From positions 2,162,011 through 2,226,010 of the forward strand of contig NC_019977.1 in NCBI RefSeq assembly GCF_000328665.1: 64,000 bases of DNA, in the 5' to 3' direction. Positions 63,455 through 64,000 of this stretch are shown piece by piece. The notes under the pieces are model-generated. The model worked only from the letters and a program-made list of their open reading frames with translations. It did not search any database and was not told where the DNA came from. This DNA is from Methanomethylovorans hollandica DSM 15978 (lineage in GTDB: Archaea; Halobacteriota; Methanosarcinia; Methanosarcinales; Methanosarcinaceae). Made by a program: the position numbers and the translations under genes. Position 1 is the first letter of the stretch; each line of letters starts with the position of its first letter.

Positions 63455-64000
63455 TTAATAATCCCTGGTACCCTCAATGAATTCAAGGGTCATGTTGTAG
63501 GCCTCATCGTCAGTGAACTGTTTAGGAGGATGTTTCATGAAATATGCAGACGGAGAATAAAGTATACCGCCAATACCTCTGTCCAGGGCAAGCCTGCAGC
63601 ACCTTATGGCATCAATGACTACACCGGCAGAATTGGGTGAGTCTTCCACTGACAGGCGCAACTCGATGTTCATAGGTACATCACCGAAAAGCTTGCCTTC
63701 CATCCTGAGGAAACATACTTTATTGTCATTCTGCCAGGGCACATAATCGCTTGGACCCACATGTATATTGTCATCATCCAGACGCTCTCCTACAACAGAC
63801 TGCACAGCTTCGGTCTTGGACTCTTTCTTAGAAGCAAGCCTGCTTCGATTTAGCATGTTAAGGAAATCAGTGTTACCCCCGGTGTTCAGCTGATATGTTC
63901 TTTCAAGTTTGACACCCCTCTTGCGGAAAAGATCAACAAGGGTACGGTGTGTGATGGTAGCGCCAAGCTGGGCTTTGATATCATCCCCGATTATAGGAAG
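63455..64000 (-). CDS. ino1: myo-Inositol-1-phosphate synthase, C-terminal part (starts beyond window)
   Basis: [41 protein letters not shown]. Confidence 0.95.
   Translation of the reverse strand, partial: LPIIGDDIKAQLGATITHRTLVDLFRKRGVKLERTYQLNTGGNTDFLNMLNRSRLASKKESKTEAVQSVVGERLDDDNIHVGPSDYVPWQNDNKVCFLRMEGKLFGDVPMNIELRLSVEDSPNSAGVVIDAIRCCRLALDRGIGGILYSPSAYFMKHPPKQFTDDEAYNMTLEFIEGTRDY

Overview
Archaeal chromosomal segment from a cytochrome-containing methanogen. Family Methanosarcinaceae is inferred from mer-fpoF, ycaO-tfuA, SepCysS, cofD, a multiheme cytochrome c and GGAGG/GGTGA ribosome-binding sites. Most of the window is housekeeping: sufS-type desulfurase, ycaO-tfuA, trpDFEG, cbiP and cbiT-L-F-G-H-C, PAN/MBF1, glmM, trpS-pheS, aIF2-beta, rpl10e, moaB/moaD/moeA, two fluoride channels, ubiX, cofD, dph2, csl4-rpoL, nadM, fpoF-mer, an MdrA/multiheme-cytochrome redox cluster and ino1, plus tRNA-Pro(UGG) and tRNA-Gly(CCC). 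No CRISPR array, rRNA or intact transposase was seen. The most unusual signals are: (1) an orphan mCpol (minimal CRISPR polymerase) nucleotide-cyclase gene between trpD and cbiP with no neighbouring effector; (2) a K-turn/ACA hairpin RNA whose internal loop appears complementary to 23S rRNA helix 69; (3) several small ORFs with strong RBSs, one between the desulfurase and ycaO-tfuA; (4) up to three genes that seem to start at near-cognate codons (ATA, ACG, ATT); (5) an LpdD-like prFMN-binding gene coupled to ubiX; (6) two pseudogenes. All family calls come from motif recognition by eye; no database search was run.
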